Source: an uncultured delta proteobacterium
GTDB lineage: Bacteria; Desulfobacterota; Desulfuromonadia; Desulfuromonadales; BM103
DNA length: 64,000 nt
Direction of reading: 5' to 3'
NCBI GenBank assembly: GCA_963715335.1
Contig: CAVQRZ010000006.1
Coordinates: forward strand, 64,001 to 128,000
Every line of letters begins with the position of its first letter. Positions within the stretch are counted from its first letter, which is position 1. This document shows positions 21,047 through 37,505 of this stretch, one piece after another. Under the pieces are notes generated by a model. That model ran no database searches and was not told where the DNA came from. It saw only the letters and a program-made list of their open reading frames with translations. The position numbers and the translations under genes were made by a program.

Positions 21047-21415
21047 TCAGAAAGTCAGACCGGCTTCGCGAGCCGCATCGGCCAAAGCCTTGACACGGCC
21101 ATGGTACAAAAAGCCGTTGCGGTCGAAAACCACCTGTTTGATGTCTTGTGCCAGAGCCTTTTCGGCAATCTGTTTGCCAACCAGTTTGGCAGCTTCCACG
21201 TTTCCGCTGTATTTGACGCTGTCAGCAGCACCCTTGGCAACAGTCGAAGCCGCCGCCAGGGTTTTACCGGAGACATCTTCAATAATCTGGGCATAAATGT
21301 GCTTGGCACTGCGGAATACGCACAGACGCGGACGCTCAACACTTCCGGTTATCTTCCTGCGCACTCTCACCTGACGTTTTTTGCGGGCAACCCGCCGTTC
21401 TTTCGAGATATTCAC
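21047..21415 (-). CDS. rplR: 50S ribosomal protein L18
   Basis: [36 protein letters not shown] start at 21415 (alternative 21424). Confidence 0.98.
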   Translation of the reverse strand: MNISKERRVARKKRQVRVRRKITGSVERPRLCVFRSAKHIYAQIIEDVSGKTLAAASTVAKGAADSVKYSGNVEAAKLVGKQIAEKALAQDIKQVVFDRNGFLYHGRVKALADAAREAGLTF

Positions 21416-21439
21416 GGTTCTCACCTTATCCTATTCAGC

Positions 21440-21973
21440 TTACTTACCAGTCTTGCCAGCTTTGCGCATGATCCGCTCGTCAGCATACTTGATGCCCTTG
21501 CCCTTGTAAGGCTCCGGCTCGCGGAAGGAACGAATTTTGGCTGCCGTTGCACCAACCAGTTCCTTGTCGATACCGGATACGGTAATCGTGTTCGCTTTGG
21601 TATCAACCGCGGCACTAATCCCCTGGGGCAGCGGGTACTCAACCGGGTGGGAATAACCGAGCGACAGGTTCAGTGTAGAACCTTTCAATTCGGCACGGTA
21701 ACCAACACCATTGATCTCCAGAACCCTGGAGAAGCCGGTTGCCACACCATTCACCATGTTGGCGACTAGAGAGCGAGTCAGCCCCTGGAGGGCCCCTGAC
21801 TTTTCCGTACGAGGCGCAACCAGCACCTGGTCTGCCTCAACTTTGATCTCCATCTGATCGTGAATAACCCGTTCGAGGTGACCTTTAGGCCCTTCGACCT
21901 TGATATTCTGGCCATCGAGAGTGACCTTGACGCCCGATAAGATATTGATAGGTTTTTTGCCGATGCGCGACAT
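21440..21973 (-). CDS. rplF: 50S ribosomal protein L6
   Basis: [24 protein letters not shown]. Confidence 0.99.
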   Translation of the reverse strand: MSRIGKKPINILSGVKVTLDGQNIKVEGPKGHLERVIHDQMEIKVEADQVLVAPRTEKSGALQGLTRSLVANMVNGVATGFSRVLEINGVGYRAELKGSTLNLSLGYSHPVEYPLPQGISAAVDTKANTITVSGIDKELVGATAAKIRSFREPEPYKGKGIKYADERIMRKAGKTGK

Positions 21974-22014
21974 CTTTAATCGACTCCTTAAAAAATCAAC
22001 AGTTACTTAAGTAT

Positions 22015-22413
22015 TTACCAGATAGTACAAAGGACTTCGCCACCGATCTTGGCTTCGCGCGCCGAGACATCATCCATCACGCCCTTTGAAGTCGAGAGGA
22101 TCGCTGCACCCAGACCGTTCTTCACGCGAGGGATCTCATCGCACCCCACGTACATCCGGCGGCCGGGCTTTGAAACCCTTGTAATTTCATGAATGACAGC
22201 GTTGTTGTTGTCATCGTACTTCAGGTAAACACGCAGGACTCCCTGCAGGTCATCGCTGATTACCTTGTAATTCTTGATATAACCAAGGCTCTTCAATACT
22301 TCGGCAACGGCCACCTTAACATTCGAAGAAGGAATATCCAGTTTCGGATGTCGCGCCATACCTGCATTGCGGATGCGGGTCAGCATGTCCGCGATAGGAT
22401 CTGTCATAGCCAT
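22015..22413 (-). CDS. rpsH: 30S ribosomal protein S8
   Basis: [28 protein letters not shown]. Confidence 0.99.
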   Translation of the reverse strand: MAMTDPIADMLTRIRNAGMARHPKLDIPSSNVKVAVAEVLKSLGYIKNYKVISDDLQGVLRVYLKYDDNNNAVIHEITRVSKPGRRMYVGCDEIPRVKNGLGAAILSTSKGVMDDVSAREAKIGGEVLCTIW

Positions 22414-22436
22414 GAATACTGCTCCTTATTCCACGA

Positions 22437-22622
22437 TTACCAGCTGGACTTGGTTACGCCCGGAAGCTTGCCTGCGGACGCCAGCTTGCGCAGACAGATT
22501 CTGCACATATCAAACTTACGGTAGTACGCACGCGGCCGACCACAGATCGGACAGCGGTTATACTTTCTCACCTTAAACTTCTGCGGCCCTGCGGCCTTAT
22601 TGCGCATCGATTTCTTTGCCAC
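22437..22622 (-). CDS. rpsN: 30S ribosomal protein S14 type Z
   Basis: 61 aa, [10 protein letters not shown]...CRICLR...PGVTKSSW. Confidence 0.98.
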   Translation of the reverse strand: MAKKSMRNKAAGPQKFKVRKYNRCPICGRPRAYYRKFDMCRICLRKLASAGKLPGVTKSSW

Positions 22623-22634
22623 GAGTTTCCTCCG

Positions 22635-23189
22635 CTATGCAGCTACATTCTGTTTCCGGAAGGGCATCCCCATTCCGGCAAGCAGGGCACGGCCCTCTTC
22701 ATCAGTGCGCGCCGAAGTGACAATCGTCACGTTCATACCCTTGATCTTGTCAATCCGCTCGATATCGATCTCAGGGAAGATCAACTGCTCACGAATACCC
22801 AGGGTGTAATTTCCCCGACCGTCAAAAGCCTTGGGAGAAACCCCTTTGAAGTCCCTGACGCGCGGCAGCGCGACATTGATCAGTCGATCAAGGAATTCGT
22901 AGGCGCGCTCGCGGCGCAAAGTCACCATAGCACCGATCGGCATCTCTTCACGCAGTTTGAACTGGGCGATCGACTTCTTGGCACGCGTGATCACGGCCTT
23001 CTGACCGGTAATGCGTGACATCTCCTCAACGGCCGACTCCAGAATCTTCACATTCTGAATGGCTTCGCCGAGGCCCATGTTAATAACCACCTTTTCAACG
23101 CGCGGCACTTCCATCACGTTTTTGAGCTGCAGTTCCTGCTTCAACTTCTCAATCAGCTCGTTCTGATATATTTCTTTGAGCCTAGCCAT
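22635..23189 (-). CDS. rplE: 50S ribosomal protein L5
   Basis: [27 protein letters not shown]. Confidence 0.99.
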   Translation of the reverse strand: MARLKEIYQNELIEKLKQELQLKNVMEVPRVEKVVINMGLGEAIQNVKILESAVEEMSRITGQKAVITRAKKSIAQFKLREEMPIGAMVTLRRERAYEFLDRLINVALPRVRDFKGVSPKAFDGRGNYTLGIREQLIFPEIDIERIDKIKGMNVTIVTSARTDEEGRALLAGMGMPFRKQNVAA

Positions 23190-23200
23190 GGAAAACTCCG

Positions 23201-23530
23201 TTAATTGTTCACTATCTCGTTGCACTTCTTGCAGAAACGGACCTTGCTGCCATCTTCAAGCACCTTGATTCCCGTACGTGCCGGCATGCTGCAGCCAGGG
23301 CACAGGAGCTGGACATTGGAGATCGCGATCGGCGCTTCCTTTTCAATAATCCCGCCCTCTTTGCTGATTTGAGAGGGTCGAGTGTGACGCTTGATCACAT
23401 TGAGGTTCTCAACGAGAACCCGGCCTTTTTCCGGCAAAACACGCAAGACCTTGCCGCTCTTACCCTTATCTTTCCCGGCGACAACCATCACCAGGTCATC
23501 TTTTTTTACATGGAGTTTCGTGGCTGCCAT
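23201..23530 (-). CDS. rplX: 50S ribosomal protein L24
   Basis: KOW motif [30 protein letters not shown]. Confidence 0.98.
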   Translation of the reverse strand: MAATKLHVKKDDLVMVVAGKDKGKSGKVLRVLPEKGRVLVENLNVIKRHTRPSQISKEGGIIEKEAPIAISNVQLLCPGCSMPARTGIKVLEDGSKVRFCKKCNEIVNN

Positions 23531-23551
23531 GACGTATATACTCCCAGCTCT

Positions 23552-23920
23552 CTAAAGGACCTCAGGGGCCAGTGAAACGATTTTCATAAACCGCTTGGCA
23601 CGCAATTCGCGGGCGACAGGCCCGAAGATACGTGTCCCAACCGGCTCTCCATTAGCGTTAACGACCACCGCGGAATTATTGTCAAATCGGATATAGGTGC
23701 CATCGGGACGGTTCACCTCTTTTGCGGTCCGCACAATAACAGCCTTGACGACATCACCCTTCTTCACCTTCGAGTTGGGCATCGCTTCCTTGACGGAACA
23801 GACGATAATGTCGCCGATACCTGCATATTTGCGCTTGGACCCGCCAAGAACCTTAATGCAGCAGAGCTTCCTCGCTCCGGAATTGTCTGCAACAGAAAGT
23901 GTACTCTGCATCTGAATCAT
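23552..23920 (-). CDS. rplN: 50S ribosomal protein L14
   Basis: [27 protein letters not shown]. Confidence 0.99.
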   Translation of the reverse strand: MIQMQSTLSVADNSGARKLCCIKVLGGSKRKYAGIGDIIVCSVKEAMPNSKVKKGDVVKAVIVRTAKEVNRPDGTYIRFDNNSAVVVNANGEPVGTRIFGPVARELRAKRFMKIVSLAPEVL

Positions 23921-23931
23921 GACAGTATCTC

Positions 23932-24198
23932 CTAAACGCTGACGTTTTTCTCGAGAATTTCACGAACCCGCCAGCGCTTGTCTTTCGACAGGGGGCGTGT
24001 TTCCACAATCAAGACCTTGTCGCCAGCGGCACATGCATTCTGCTCATCATGTGCCTTGTAAGTGACGCGACGCTTGATGTACTTCTTGTACACCGCGTGC
24101 TTGACCATATTGTCAACCTTGACAACCACGGTTTTGTCCATCTTGTCACTTATGACAATCCCGACTCTTTCCTTGCTCTTTCCGCGTTCTTTTATCAT
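23932..24198 (-). CDS. rpsQ: 30S ribosomal protein S17
   Basis: [21 protein letters not shown]. Confidence 0.99.
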   Translation of the reverse strand: MIKERGKSKERVGIVISDKMDKTVVVKVDNMVKHAVYKKYIKRRVTYKAHDEQNACAAGDKVLIVETRPLSKDKRWRVREILEKNVSV

Positions 24199-24219
24199 TG
24201 CCGTCCTCGTATGATCGGA

Positions 24220-24408
24220 TTAGCTGCGCTTCTCAGCAATCACAGTTTTGATCCTGGCAATCTCCCTGCGCACCTGTGAGATGCGTGAGGTGTTTTCCAG
24301 ATGTCCGGTGTGCAGCTGGAACCTCAGGTTAAACATCTCCTGGTTCAAATCTGCAACTTCCGTATTAAGTTCTTCAACTGACTTGCTGCGCAGTTCTTCA
24401 GCCTTCAT
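24220..24408 (-). CDS. rpmC: 50S ribosomal protein L29
   Basis: [16 protein letters not shown]. Confidence 0.98.
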   Translation of the reverse strand: MKAEELRSKSVEELNTEVADLNQEMFNLRFQLHTGHLENTSRISQVRREIARIKTVIAEKRS

Positions 24409-24823
24409 GTCCGGCCTCCTTACGCACCAGGATTTTGGTTCTCATTGGCAGTTTATGGGCACCAAGGCGAAAGGCTTCACGCGCAGTTTCCTCGGTAACT
24501 CCCTGCATCTCGTAAAGGATCATCCCTGGTCGGATCACGCAGACCCAGCTGTCCGGTGCCCCCTTGCCTTTACCCATACGGGTTTCAGCAGGCTTGCGGG
24601 TCAGTGGCTTATCGGGAAAAGCACGGATCCAGATCTGACCGCCACGCTTGATATGGCGGGTCATGGCTCGACGCGCAGCTTCAATCTGACGGGAAGAGAG
24701 CCAGCCGCACTCGGTGGCCTGCAGGCCGTAATCACCGAAGTTCAGATCCGTACCGCCAGGCGCTGCGCCTGTCATACGACCCTTGAACTGTTTTCTATGC
24801 TTAACCTTCTTGGGCATTAACAT
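24398..24823 (-). CDS. rplP: 50S ribosomal protein L16
   Basis: [23 protein letters not shown]. Confidence 0.99.
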   Translation of the reverse strand: MLMPKKVKHRKQFKGRMTGAAPGGTDLNFGDYGLQATECGWLSSRQIEAARRAMTRHIKRGGQIWIRAFPDKPLTRKPAETRMGKGKGAPDSWVCVIRPGMILYEMQGVTEETAREAFRLGAHKLPMRTKILVRKEAGHEG

Positions 24824-24848
24824 GGTAAATAGACTCCTGACCTGTTAC

Positions 24849-25493
24849 TTATTGCTCCTGGCCCTTATCACCCAGGATCTCTCCCTTGAATATAAGGACC
24901 TTGACACCGATTATACCGTAGGTCGTCTTGGCTTCCGCAAATCCGTAGTCGATATCGGCGCGCAGGGTGTGCAGGGGCACACGTCCCTCACGATACCATT
25001 CGCGTCGGCTCATCTCAGCACCGCCGAGACGGCCCGAGCATTCGATCTTGATCCCTTCAGCACCGAACTTCAAGGCCTGGCCAACGGCTTTTTTCATGGC
25101 CCGGCGAAAAGCGACTCGACGCTCAAGCTGCAGCGCAACATTCTCGGCAACCAACTGGGCATTAATCTCAGGCTTGCGAACTTCCTGAATATTAATAAAG
25201 ATCTCTTTGTCGGTCAGCTTGGCCAGCTCTTTCTTGAGCTGTTCGACCTCAGATCCCTTTTTGCCAATGATGATCCCCGGACGCGCTGCAAAGATGTTGA
25301 TCTTGGCCTTGCCGGCAGCACGTTCGATCTCAACCTTCGCAATACCTGCGTGATGCAGGCGCTCTTTCAGATAATTACGCAGCTTGAGATCTTCATGCAG
25401 TAGCTTTGAGTAATCCTTCTCAGCGTACCAGCTGGATTCCCAGGTGCGAATCACGCCTAAGCGAAATCCTATCGGATGAACTTTCTGACCCAA
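24849..25493 (-). CDS. rpsC: 30S ribosomal protein S3
   Basis: [34 protein letters not shown]. Confidence 0.99.
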   Translation of the reverse strand: MGQKVHPIGFRLGVIRTWESSWYAEKDYSKLLHEDLKLRNYLKERLHHAGIAKVEIERAAGKAKINIFAARPGIIIGKKGSEVEQLKKELAKLTDKEIFINIQEVRKPEINAQLVAENVALQLERRVAFRRAMKKAVGQALKFGAEGIKIECSGRLGGAEMSRREWYREGRVPLHTLRADIDYGFAEAKTTYGIIGVKVLIFKGEILGDKGQEQ

Positions 25494-25511
25494 AACAAAC
25501 CTCCTCGAGGG

Positions 25512-25844
25512 TTACTTCTCGTCCAGAACCACGGTAATGTGGCTGGTCGGCTTACGAATTTTGCTCGCCCGGCCTTGTGCACGAGGCATAAAGCGTTTCA
25601 GAGCAGGACCCTGGTCAACGAACACCGCCTTGACAAACAACCGATCGACATCTGAAACACCCTTCTGTTCAGCGTTGGCGACCGCGGAACGCACCACCTT
25701 GGCAACCACATCTGCCGGGCGCTGAGGCGAAAACTTCAGGATGTTAAGGGCTTCCTGTACATTCTTGCCACGAACCATGTCGACAACCAGGCGTGTCTTC
25801 CGAGGCGACAGGCGCGTATATTTCAATTTCGCACTAGCTTCCAT
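25512..25844 (-). CDS. rplV: 50S ribosomal protein L22
   Basis: SPRKTRLV, SAVANA, PRAQGRA, TSHITV. Confidence 0.99.
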   Translation of the reverse strand: MEASAKLKYTRLSPRKTRLVVDMVRGKNVQEALNILKFSPQRPADVVAKVVRSAVANAEQKGVSDVDRLFVKAVFVDQGPALKRFMPRAQGRASKIRKPTSHITVVLDEK

Positions 25845-25874
25845 GTGCTGGTACTCCCTCAGCTACAAAAGGAC

Positions 25875-26141
25875 TTATTTTCTCTTGTTCGAGCCATGAC
25901 CATAGTAGGTCCTGGTCGGAGCAAATTCACCAAGTTTATGGCCAACCATGTTCTCGGTCACAAATACCGGAATAAACTTTTTGCCATTGTGGACGGCAAA
26001 GGTCATACCGACAAAATCAGGAAGAATCGTCGAACGCCGTGACCAGGTCTTGATCACTTTGTGGGAACCACTCTCAGTATTTCCGACTTTACGCATCAGG
26101 CTACCTTCAATGTAAGGGCCCTTTTTAATCGATCTCGCCAC
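25875..26141 (-). CDS. rpsS: 30S ribosomal protein S19
   Basis: [27 protein letters not shown]. Confidence 0.99.
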   Translation of the reverse strand: MARSIKKGPYIEGSLMRKVGNTESGSHKVIKTWSRRSTILPDFVGMTFAVHNGKKFIPVFVTENMVGHKLGEFAPTRTYYGHGSNKRK

Positions 26142-26159
26142 GGTCGTCTCCTATTCTCG

Positions 26160-26984
26160 TTACTTGGTCCGGCGGCGGACGATAAAACGATCAGTCCGCT
26201 TGTTGGAACGCGTCTTGTAACCTTTGGTCGGGATACCCCAAGGCGTTACAGGGTGACGGCCACCGGAGCTCTTACCCTCACCACCGCCGTGGGGATGATC
26301 AACCGGGTTCATGGCGACACCACGTGATTGCGGGCGTTTGCCAAGCCAACGGTTACGTCCGGCTTTGCCGATCTTGATATTTTCATGATCAGTGTTACCG
26401 ACCTGGCCAATCGTCGCAGAGCAATCCTGCAGCACCAGTCGAACCTCGCCGGAAGGGAGACGCAGTTGAGCGTACTTGCCTTCCTTGGCGGCGATCATCG
26501 CATAGGTGCCTGCGCTTCTCGCCAACTGGCCACCCTTACCGATTCGCAGCTCGACGTTGTGCACCCATGTACCAAGCGGGATCGAACGGATCTGCAGGGA
26601 GTTTCCGGGCACGATGTCAGCACTGTCGCTGGCAATGACTACGTCACCGACCTTGATACCGACGGGAGCCAAAATATAGCGTTTTTCGCCGTCCAGGTAA
26701 CTCAGAAGCGCTATACGCGCTGAACGGTTGGGGTCGTATTCTATTGATACAACCTTGGCCGGGACTTCGCGTTTGTCACGCTTGAAGTCAATAATCCTGT
26801 ACTTGCGCTTGTGGCCACCGCCAGTATGCCGCTTGGTAATCCGGCCCGTGTTGTTACGACCGCCGGATTTTTTCAGCGGTGCCAACAGTGACTTTTCCGG
26901 AGTTGATGTCGTGATTTCCTCGAAATTCGAGGCGGTCATGTGACGTCGACCCGCAGATGTCGGCTTAAACTTTTTGATCCCCAT
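26160..26984 (-). CDS. rplB: 50S ribosomal protein L2
   Basis: [25 protein letters not shown]. Confidence 0.99.
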   Translation of the reverse strand: MGIKKFKPTSAGRRHMTASNFEEITTSTPEKSLLAPLKKSGGRNNTGRITKRHTGGGHKRKYRIIDFKRDKREVPAKVVSIEYDPNRSARIALLSYLDGEKRYILAPVGIKVGDVVIASDSADIVPGNSLQIRSIPLGTWVHNVELRIGKGGQLARSAGTYAMIAAKEGKYAQLRLPSGEVRLVLQDCSATIGQVGNTDHENIKIGKAGRNRWLGKRPQSRGVAMNPVDHPHGGGEGKSSGGRHPVTPWGIPTKGYKTRSNKRTDRFIVRRRTK

Positions 26985-27017
26985 TATTGTTACTCCGTCA
27001 GATGGATATCAGACTTA

Positions 27018-27302
27018 TTAAACACCGAAGAAATCGATGGTGCCTTCCGCCAGGGTCACATATGCCTTTTTGACATTGGAACGCTTGCCAAAGTTACGAC
27101 CGGTGCGCTTGACCTTGCCGGCAACGATTATGGTGCGGACGTCCTGCACCTTGACGTTGAAAGCACGTTCAACAGCCTGCCTGATTTCGACCTTATTGCT
27201 ATTCATGGCAACTTCAAATGCCACCACGTTGCCAGTCTCTTTCATCAGGTTGGACTTTTCCGTAATCAGGGGTTTCCTGATAATCTGATGCAAAGGTTTC
27301 AT
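27018..27302 (-). CDS. rplW: 50S ribosomal protein L23
   Basis: PLITEKS, KKAYVTL. Confidence 0.98.
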   Translation of the reverse strand: MKPLHQIIRKPLITEKSNLMKETGNVVAFEVAMNSNKVEIRQAVERAFNVKVQDVRTIIVAGKVKRTGRNFGKRSNVKKAYVTLAEGTIDFFGV

Positions 27303-27922
27303 TTTGCCAGAACTCCTTCGATCTGGTCGATCGCCGCTTCGGTCATGACCAGGTTAGGATACTTCAGGATGTCATAGACGTTGACACCCTCGGCACGCAG
27401 CACCTTGACAAAAGGCAGGTTGCGCGCTGACAACTCAAGATTCGTGTTCATCCCATCAACCACGATCAGAGCCTTTTTCAATTCAAACCGGTCAAGAACC
27501 TCAGCAAAACTCTTGGTACTGATTTTCTCAAGGTCGAGACCATTGACAACGGTCATGCATTCTTCCTTGTAACGGGCAGAGAGCGCACTGCGCAGCGCAG
27601 ACTGTTTGACCTTACGGTTCAACTTGAATTTGTAGTCGCGAGGGGTCGGTCCGAAAACCACACCGCCGCCGACATGATTCGGCGCTGTCGGCGTGCCTTG
27701 ACGGGCATTACCGGTGCCCTTCTGTTTATACGGTTTCTTGCCACCACCGCGAACTTCGCCGCGACTCTTGACCTTGACGGTACCCTGACGCCTTGCAGCG
27801 AGCTGGTAACGAACCATATCATGCAACAGGTATTCCTTGACGTCCGCGTTGAACACTTCATCAACCAGATCCCGCTCGGACACCTGCTTGCGGTTTATGT
27901 CATACACTACAATCTTTGCCAT
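27299..27922 (-). CDS. rplD: 50S ribosomal protein L4
   Basis: [33 protein letters not shown]. Confidence 0.99.
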   Translation of the reverse strand: MAKIVVYDINRKQVSERDLVDEVFNADVKEYLLHDMVRYQLAARRQGTVKVKSRGEVRGGGKKPYKQKGTGNARQGTPTAPNHVGGGVVFGPTPRDYKFKLNRKVKQSALRSALSARYKEECMTVVNGLDLEKISTKSFAEVLDRFELKKALIVVDGMNTNLELSARNLPFVKVLRAEGVNVYDILKYPNLVMTEAAIDQIEGVLAK

Positions 27923-27953
27923 AACTAAACTCCGGCACTCAAACGAGTAATTA

Positions 27954-28589
27954 TCACTTGGCCTTGAAGGTCTTGCGCAACACTACCAGACCGTGATTCG
28001 CCCCGGGGATGGCCCCTTTGATCAGAATCAGGTTCTGTTCAGGACGAACCTCAACGATTTCCAGACCCTGCTGGGTGACACGGGCATTGCCCATCTGCCC
28101 CGGCATCTTCTTCCCCCTATGGACACGTGACGGCCAGGCGCTTGCCCCGATCGACCCGGGTGCCCGGTGAAACCTGGAGCCGTGCGTAGCACGCCCGCCA
28201 GAAAAATTCCAACGCTTGATGACCCCCTGGAAGCCCTTGCCTTTGCTGGTTCCGGTCACATCAATGACATCGCCGGGCTTGAAAACCGCGTCGCAGGTAA
28301 TCTGATCACCAACTTGGTAGCCATCAACATTCTCAGCACCCAGTTCGCGCAGGTAAGCAAATGCGCCCTGATCAGCTTTTTTGAAATGTCCCATCATGGG
28401 CTTGGTCGCGCGATGGGTTTTCTTGGCTGAGAAACCAACCTGCAAAGCGTTGTAACCATCAGCGGATTCCGTCTTCTTCTGCAAGACGGTACAGGGGCCT
28501 GCCTCCACCACAGTCACCGGTACACGGCGGCCGTCGGCTACGAAGACCTGGGTCATGCCCAGTTTTTTACCCAAAATTCCCTGAATCAT
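27954..28589 (-). CDS. rplC: 50S ribosomal protein L3
   Basis: [25 protein letters not shown] (alternative GTG start 28592). Confidence 0.99.
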   Translation of the reverse strand: MIQGILGKKLGMTQVFVADGRRVPVTVVEAGPCTVLQKKTESADGYNALQVGFSAKKTHRATKPMMGHFKKADQGAFAYLRELGAENVDGYQVGDQITCDAVFKPGDVIDVTGTSKGKGFQGVIKRWNFSGGRATHGSRFHRAPGSIGASAWPSRVHRGKKMPGQMGNARVTQQGLEIVEVRPEQNLILIKGAIPGANHGLVVLRKTFKAK

Positions 28590-28610
28590 CACTTTACCCT
28601 TAATTCGCTG

Positions 28611-28919
28611 TTACAGCTTGATCTCGACATCGACACCGGCAGAAAGGTCTAGCTTCATCAAAGCATCAACCGTTTGCTGGGTCGGCTCAACGATATCAAG
28701 CAAGCGCTTGTGTGTACGCATCTCGAATTGCTCGCGGCTCTTCTTGTCAACATGTGGGCCACGCAGCACGCAGTACTTGTTGATCACTGTCGGCAGCGGA
28801 ATCGGACCAGCCACTCTGGCTCCGGTACGTTTGGCCGTGTCGACAATCTCATTGACCGACTGGTCAAGCAGCTTGTGATCATATGCCTTGAGGCGGATAC
28901 GAATCTTCTGACTCTGCAT
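28611..28919 (-). CDS. rpsJ: 30S ribosomal protein S10
   Basis: [30 protein letters not shown]. Confidence 0.99.
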   Translation of the reverse strand: MQSQKIRIRLKAYDHKLLDQSVNEIVDTAKRTGARVAGPIPLPTVINKYCVLRGPHVDKKSREQFEMRTHKRLLDIVEPTQQTVDALMKLDLSAGVDVEIKL

Positions 28920-28934
28920 GATCTCGTCCTTTAA

Positions 28935-30134
28935 TTACTCAACAATATCGCTGACGACACCGGCGCCAACCGTGCGGCCACCTTCGCGGATTGCGAAGCG
29001 CAGTTCTTTGTCCATGGCGATCGGGGTGATCAGGTCGACAGTGATCGCTATGTTATCACCAGGCATGACCATCTCGGTCCCTTCCGGAAGCTCGACAATA
29101 CCCGTTACGTCCGTCGTACGGAAGTAGAACTGCGGGCGGTAACCTTTGAAGAACGGGGTATGACGACCACCTTCCTCCTTGGTCAGGATGTAGGCTTCCG
29201 CCTTGAACTTGGTGTGCGGGGTAATGCTGCCCGGCTTCGCCAGGACCTGGCCACGCTCGATATCTTCACGTTTCACACCGCGCAGAAGAATCCCGCAGTT
29301 ATCACCGGCCTGACCCTGGTCCAGAAGCTTGCGGAACATCTCGACACCCGTCACGACCGACTTGGCGGTATCCTTGATGCCGACGATCGCAACTTCTTCG
29401 CCAACCTTGATGATGCCGCGCTCGACACGACCCGTGGCAACCGTGCCGCGACCGGAAATCGAGAACACGTCCTCGACCGGCATCAGGAACGGACGATCAA
29501 TCGCACGCTCAGGCTCGGGGATGTACGAGTCGCACTGGCGCATCAGCTCCAGGACCGGCTCACAGGCGGCGCAGCCGTCGACGCCACAGCCGCACTCAAG
29601 GGCCTTCAGGGCGCTGCCGGGAATGATCGGAAGATCGTCACCGGGGAACTCGTAGGAGGAGAGCAGTTCACGGATCTCCAGCTCTACCAGCTCCATCAGT
29701 TCTTCGTCATCGACCATATCAGCCTTGTTCAAAAAAACCACCATCGCGGGCACGCCAACCTGACGGGCAAGCAGGATGTGCTCGCGGGTCTGGGGCATCG
29801 GGCCGTCGGCAGCCGAGACCACCAGGATTGCACCGTCCATCTGCGCGGCGCCGGTGATCATGTTCTTAACGTAGTCAGCATGACCCGGGCAGTCGACGTG
29901 GGCGTAGTGACGGTTCTGCGTCTCGTACTCAACGTGTGCCGTGGCGATCGTGATACCGCGCTCACGCTCCTCGGGAGCGTTGTCGATCTGATCGAACGCT
30001 TTAAATACAGCGCCGCCTCGCGAGGACAGCACGTTCGTGATTGCTGCCGTCAAAGTCGTCTTGCCGTGGTCAACGTGACCGATCGTCCCAATGTTGACAT
30101 GGGGCTTAGTCCGTTCAAACTTGGCTTTGGCCAT
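28935..30134 (-). CDS. tuf: Elongation factor Tu (str operon copy)
   Basis: [31 protein letters not shown]. Confidence 0.99.
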   Translation of the reverse strand: MAKAKFERTKPHVNIGTIGHVDHGKTTLTAAITNVLSSRGGAVFKAFDQIDNAPEERERGITIATAHVEYETQNRHYAHVDCPGHADYVKNMITGAAQMDGAILVVSAADGPMPQTREHILLARQVGVPAMVVFLNKADMVDDEELMELVELEIRELLSSYEFPGDDLPIIPGSALKALECGCGVDGCAACEPVLELMRQCDSYIPEPERAIDRPFLMPVEDVFSISGRGTVATGRVERGIIKVGEEVAIVGIKDTAKSVVTGVEMFRKLLDQGQAGDNCGILLRGVKREDIERGQVLAKPGSITPHTKFKAEAYILTKEEGGRHTPFFKGYRPQFYFRTTDVTGIVELPEGTEMVMPGDNIAITVDLITPIAMDKELRFAIREGGRTVGAGVVSDIVE

Positions 30135-30172
30135 GGTCGTATCTCCTTATATTCTTGTGCTAAAAAGTTGAA

Positions 30173-32251
30173 TTAACCCTTGGTTTTGCTGATAATTTCT
30201 TCAGCAATCGCCTTGGGAACCTGTTCATAATGATCGAAGGTCATGGTGTAGGTCGCTCGTCCCTGGGTCGCACTGCGCAGGTCCGTAGAGTAACCGAACA
30301 TGCTCGACAGAGGAACCTGGGCGCTGACAACCTGTGCTCCGCCACGTGCTTCCATCCCGGCAACCCGGCCACGACGACTGTTCAAATCGCCCATGACTTC
30401 GCCGAGGTATTCCTCAGGAAGGACGACTTCCACATCCATAACCGGCTCGAGCAGTATCGGCTTGGCCTTGGCAGCGCCTTCCTTGAAGCCCATCGAACCG
30501 GCAATTTTGAACGCCATCTCCGAAGAGTCAACATCATGGTAGGAGCCGTCAAAGCAGGTCACCCTGACATCCACCAGCGGGAACCCTGCCAGGATACCGT
30601 TCTGAGCTGCTTGCTCAGCACCGGCACCGACTGCAGGGATATATTCCCGGGGGATAACACCGCCCTTGATCGCGTCGACGTACTCGAAACCGCCACCGGC
30701 CTCAAGGGGTTCAAGACGCAGATGACAATCGCCGTATTGGCCGCGACCACCAGACTGACGGACAAACTTGCCCTGAACTTCAACGGTCTTGGTGATTGTT
30801 TCGCGGTACGCAACCTGGGGAGCGCCTATGTTCGCCTCGACCTTGAACTCTCGCCTCATGCGGTCAACGATGATCTCGAGGTGCAGCTCGCCCATGCCGG
30901 AGATAATCACCTGGCCTGTTTCCTCGTCGGTTTTGACGCGCAAGGAGGGATCTTCCTGGACCAGCTTGCCGAGGGCGGTACCCATCTTTTCCTGGTCGCT
31001 CTTGGTCTTCGGTTCGATAGCGATATGGATAACCGGCTCCGGGAACTCCATGGCCTCAAGAATACAGGAAAGCTTGGGATCACAAAGAGTGTCGCCAGTC
31101 GTGGTGTGCTTCAGACCAACTGCGGCGGCAATATCGCCTGAATAGACCTGCTTGATCTCTTCACGCTTATTGGCATGCATTTTCAGCAGGCGGCCAAAGC
31201 GCTCCTTCTTGTCCTTGGTAGCATTAAGCACATGAGCACCGGACTCAGCGACGCCGGAATAGACACGAAAGAAGGTCAGCTGGCCGACAAACGGGTCCGT
31301 CATGACCTTGAAAGCCAGGGCCGCGAAAGGAGCGCTGTCGTCAGCGGGACGAGTCACTTCAGCACCGGTACCAGGTTCAATGCCCGGGATCGGTTTAACA
31401 TCGAGAGGCGAAGGCATGTAATCAATCACTGCGTCCAGCAGTGTCTGCACACCCTTGTTTTTGAATGCCGTGCCGCACAGGACCGGGTTAATCTGCAGGG
31501 CCATTGTCGCCTTGCGGATGCCGGCCTTGACTTCTTCAATGGTGAGTTCTTCACCACCGAGATATTTCTCCATCAGTTCTTCATCTGAGGAGCTGATCTC
31601 TTCGAGCAAAGCTTCCCGAGCGGCTTCCGCATCATCCAGAAGATCTGCAGGGATATCCATAACTTCGTATTTGGCACCCATCGACTCGTCGCTCCAGATA
31701 ATCGCTTTCATCTGGACCAGGTCAATAACACCACGAAAGAGGTCTTCTACGCCGATTGGCAGCTGAATTGGCACCGGGTTGGCACCAAGGCGGTCGCGCA
31801 TCATCTTGACGCCGCGGTTGAAATCGGCGCCGACGCGGTCCATCTTGTTGATAAAGGCAATTCGGGGAACGCCGTACTTGTCGGCCTGACGCCAGACTGT
31901 CTCGGACTGGGGCTCAACGCCGCCAACCGAACAGAACACGGCAACGGCGCCGTCCAGCACCTTCAGGGAGCGCTCTACCTCGATGGTAAAGTCAACATGT
32001 CCGGGGGTATCTATAATATTGACGCGGTGCTCTTTCCAGAAGCAGGTGGTTGCAGCCGAGGTGATTGTGATGCCACGCTCCTGCTCCTGCTCCATCCAGT
32101 CCATGGTGGCAGCGCCATCATGAACTTCACCGATCTTGTGGGAAACGCCAGTGTAATAGAGAATACGCTCGGTGGTGGTCGTTTTACCAGCATCAATGTG
32201 GGCCATGATACCGATATTACGGGTTTTATCTAATGCTACTTTGCGTGCCAC
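30173..32251 (-). CDS. fusA: Elongation factor G
   Basis: [30 protein letters not shown]. Confidence 0.99.
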   Translation of the reverse strand: MARKVALDKTRNIGIMAHIDAGKTTTTERILYYTGVSHKIGEVHDGAATMDWMEQEQERGITITSAATTCFWKEHRVNIIDTPGHVDFTIEVERSLKVLDGAVAVFCSVGGVEPQSETVWRQADKYGVPRIAFINKMDRVGADFNRGVKMMRDRLGANPVPIQLPIGVEDLFRGVIDLVQMKAIIWSDESMGAKYEVMDIPADLLDDAEAAREALLEEISSSDEELMEKYLGGEELTIEEVKAGIRKATMALQINPVLCGTAFKNKGVQTLLDAVIDYMPSPLDVKPIPGIEPGTGAEVTRPADDSAPFAALAFKVMTDPFVGQLTFFRVYSGVAESGAHVLNATKDKKERFGRLLKMHANKREEIKQVYSGDIAAAVGLKHTTTGDTLCDPKLSCILEAMEFPEPVIHIAIEPKTKSDQEKMGTALGKLVQEDPSLRVKTDEETGQVIISGMGELHLEIIVDRMRREFKVEANIGAPQVAYRETITKTVEVQGKFVRQSGGRGQYGDCHLRLEPLEAGGGFEYVDAIKGGVIPREYIPAVGAGAEQAAQNGILAGFPLVDVRVTCFDGSYHDVDSSEMAFKIAGSMGFKEGAAKAKPILLEPVMDVEVVLPEEYLGEVMGDLNSRRGRVAGMEARGGAQVVSAQVPLSSMFGYSTDLRSATQGRATYTMTFDHYEQVPKAIAEEIISKTKG

Positions 32252-32269
32252 AGCAGTTCGTCCTCCGCC

Positions 32270-32740
32270 TTACCAGCGATAATGAGCGAAGGCTTTGTTA
32301 GCTTCGGCCATGCGATGTACATCTTCGCGTTTTTTAACGGATGAGCCACGGTTTCCAGCCGCATCCATGAACTCACCGGCGAGGCGCTCCTGCATGGTTT
32401 TTTCACCACGACCGCGAGCGAAACCTACGATCCAGCGAATCGCCAGGGCATTACGACGTTCATTGCGAACCTCGACCGGCACCTGGTAGGTGGAACCACC
32501 AACACGACGGGACTTGACTTCGACAGTCGGACGAACGTTTTCCAGGGCCTTCTTGAAGACCTCGACCGGCTCATCACCGGAACGCGACTTGATCAGGTCA
32601 AAAGCACCGTAAACGATATTTTCGGCGGTACTCTTCTTACCGTCAAGCATCAGAGCATTGACGAACTTGGCCACCAGTTGATCGTGGAATTTCGGATCAG
32701 GCAGGATAACCCGCTTGGCTACTTCTCTTCTTCTCGGCAT
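32270..32740 (-). CDS. rpsG: 30S ribosomal protein S7
   Basis: [30 protein letters not shown]. Confidence 0.99.
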   Translation of the reverse strand: MPRRREVAKRVILPDPKFHDQLVAKFVNALMLDGKKSTAENIVYGAFDLIKSRSGDEPVEVFKKALENVRPTVEVKSRRVGGSTYQVPVEVRNERRNALAIRWIVGFARGRGEKTMQERLAGEFMDAAGNRGSSVKKREDVHRMAEANKAFAHYRW

Positions 32741-32762
32741 AACGTCCTCTTCCGTCTCTCAA

Positions 32763-33134
32763 TTACTTGGGCCGCTTGGCACCGTATCTGGAACGCGACT
32801 GCTTACGGTCTTTAACCCCCGCAAGGTCAAGGGCACCACGGACGATCGTATAACGAACGCCGGGAAGGTCTTTGACCCGGCCGCCACGGACCAGCACCAC
32901 TGAGTGCTCCTGCAGGTTATGTCCGACACCCGGAATGTATGTAGTAATAACCATTCCATTGGTCAGGCGGACACGGGCAACTTTACGAAGCGCCGAGTTA
33001 GGCTTCTTCGGGGTCGTGGTGTACACGCGGGTACATACGCCACGCTTTTGAGGGTTACCCCTTAGCGCAGGCGCTGTTGATTTATCTTGTTTTTTCTCAC
33101 GACCCATACGGATCAACTGATTGATCGTCGGCAT
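32763..33134 (-). CDS. rpsL: 30S ribosomal protein S12
   Basis: [21 protein letters not shown]. Confidence 0.99.
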   Translation of the reverse strand: MPTINQLIRMGREKKQDKSTAPALRGNPQKRGVCTRVYTTTPKKPNSALRKVARVRLTNGMVITTYIPGVGHNLQEHSVVLVRGGRVKDLPGVRYTIVRGALDLAGVKDRKQSRSRYGAKRPK

Positions 33135-33204
33135 CGAATCACTCCCGAATTTGCGTATTCATGACGTTAAAAGAACAGGTTTTCTCACAGGAGAAAACCC
33201 GCTG

Positions 33205-33233
33205 AATCTAGCAAAGCGGGCCCTCCCTGTCAA
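33205..33233 (-). promoter_or_regulatory. sigma70 promoter of the str operon
   Basis: Minus strand TTGACA-N17-TAGATT with TG-C extended -10, upstream of rpsL. Confidence 0.7.
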
Positions 33234-33278
33234 GTACTTATTGTAGCGAACAGCTTTTTTTATCAGCCGGCTGAAAAA

Positions 33279-37463
<4,185 letters not shown>

Positions 37464-37505
37464 GACACATCCTCCTTTTCAGGATGAGGGGTTTGCGCAG
37501 CAGTA

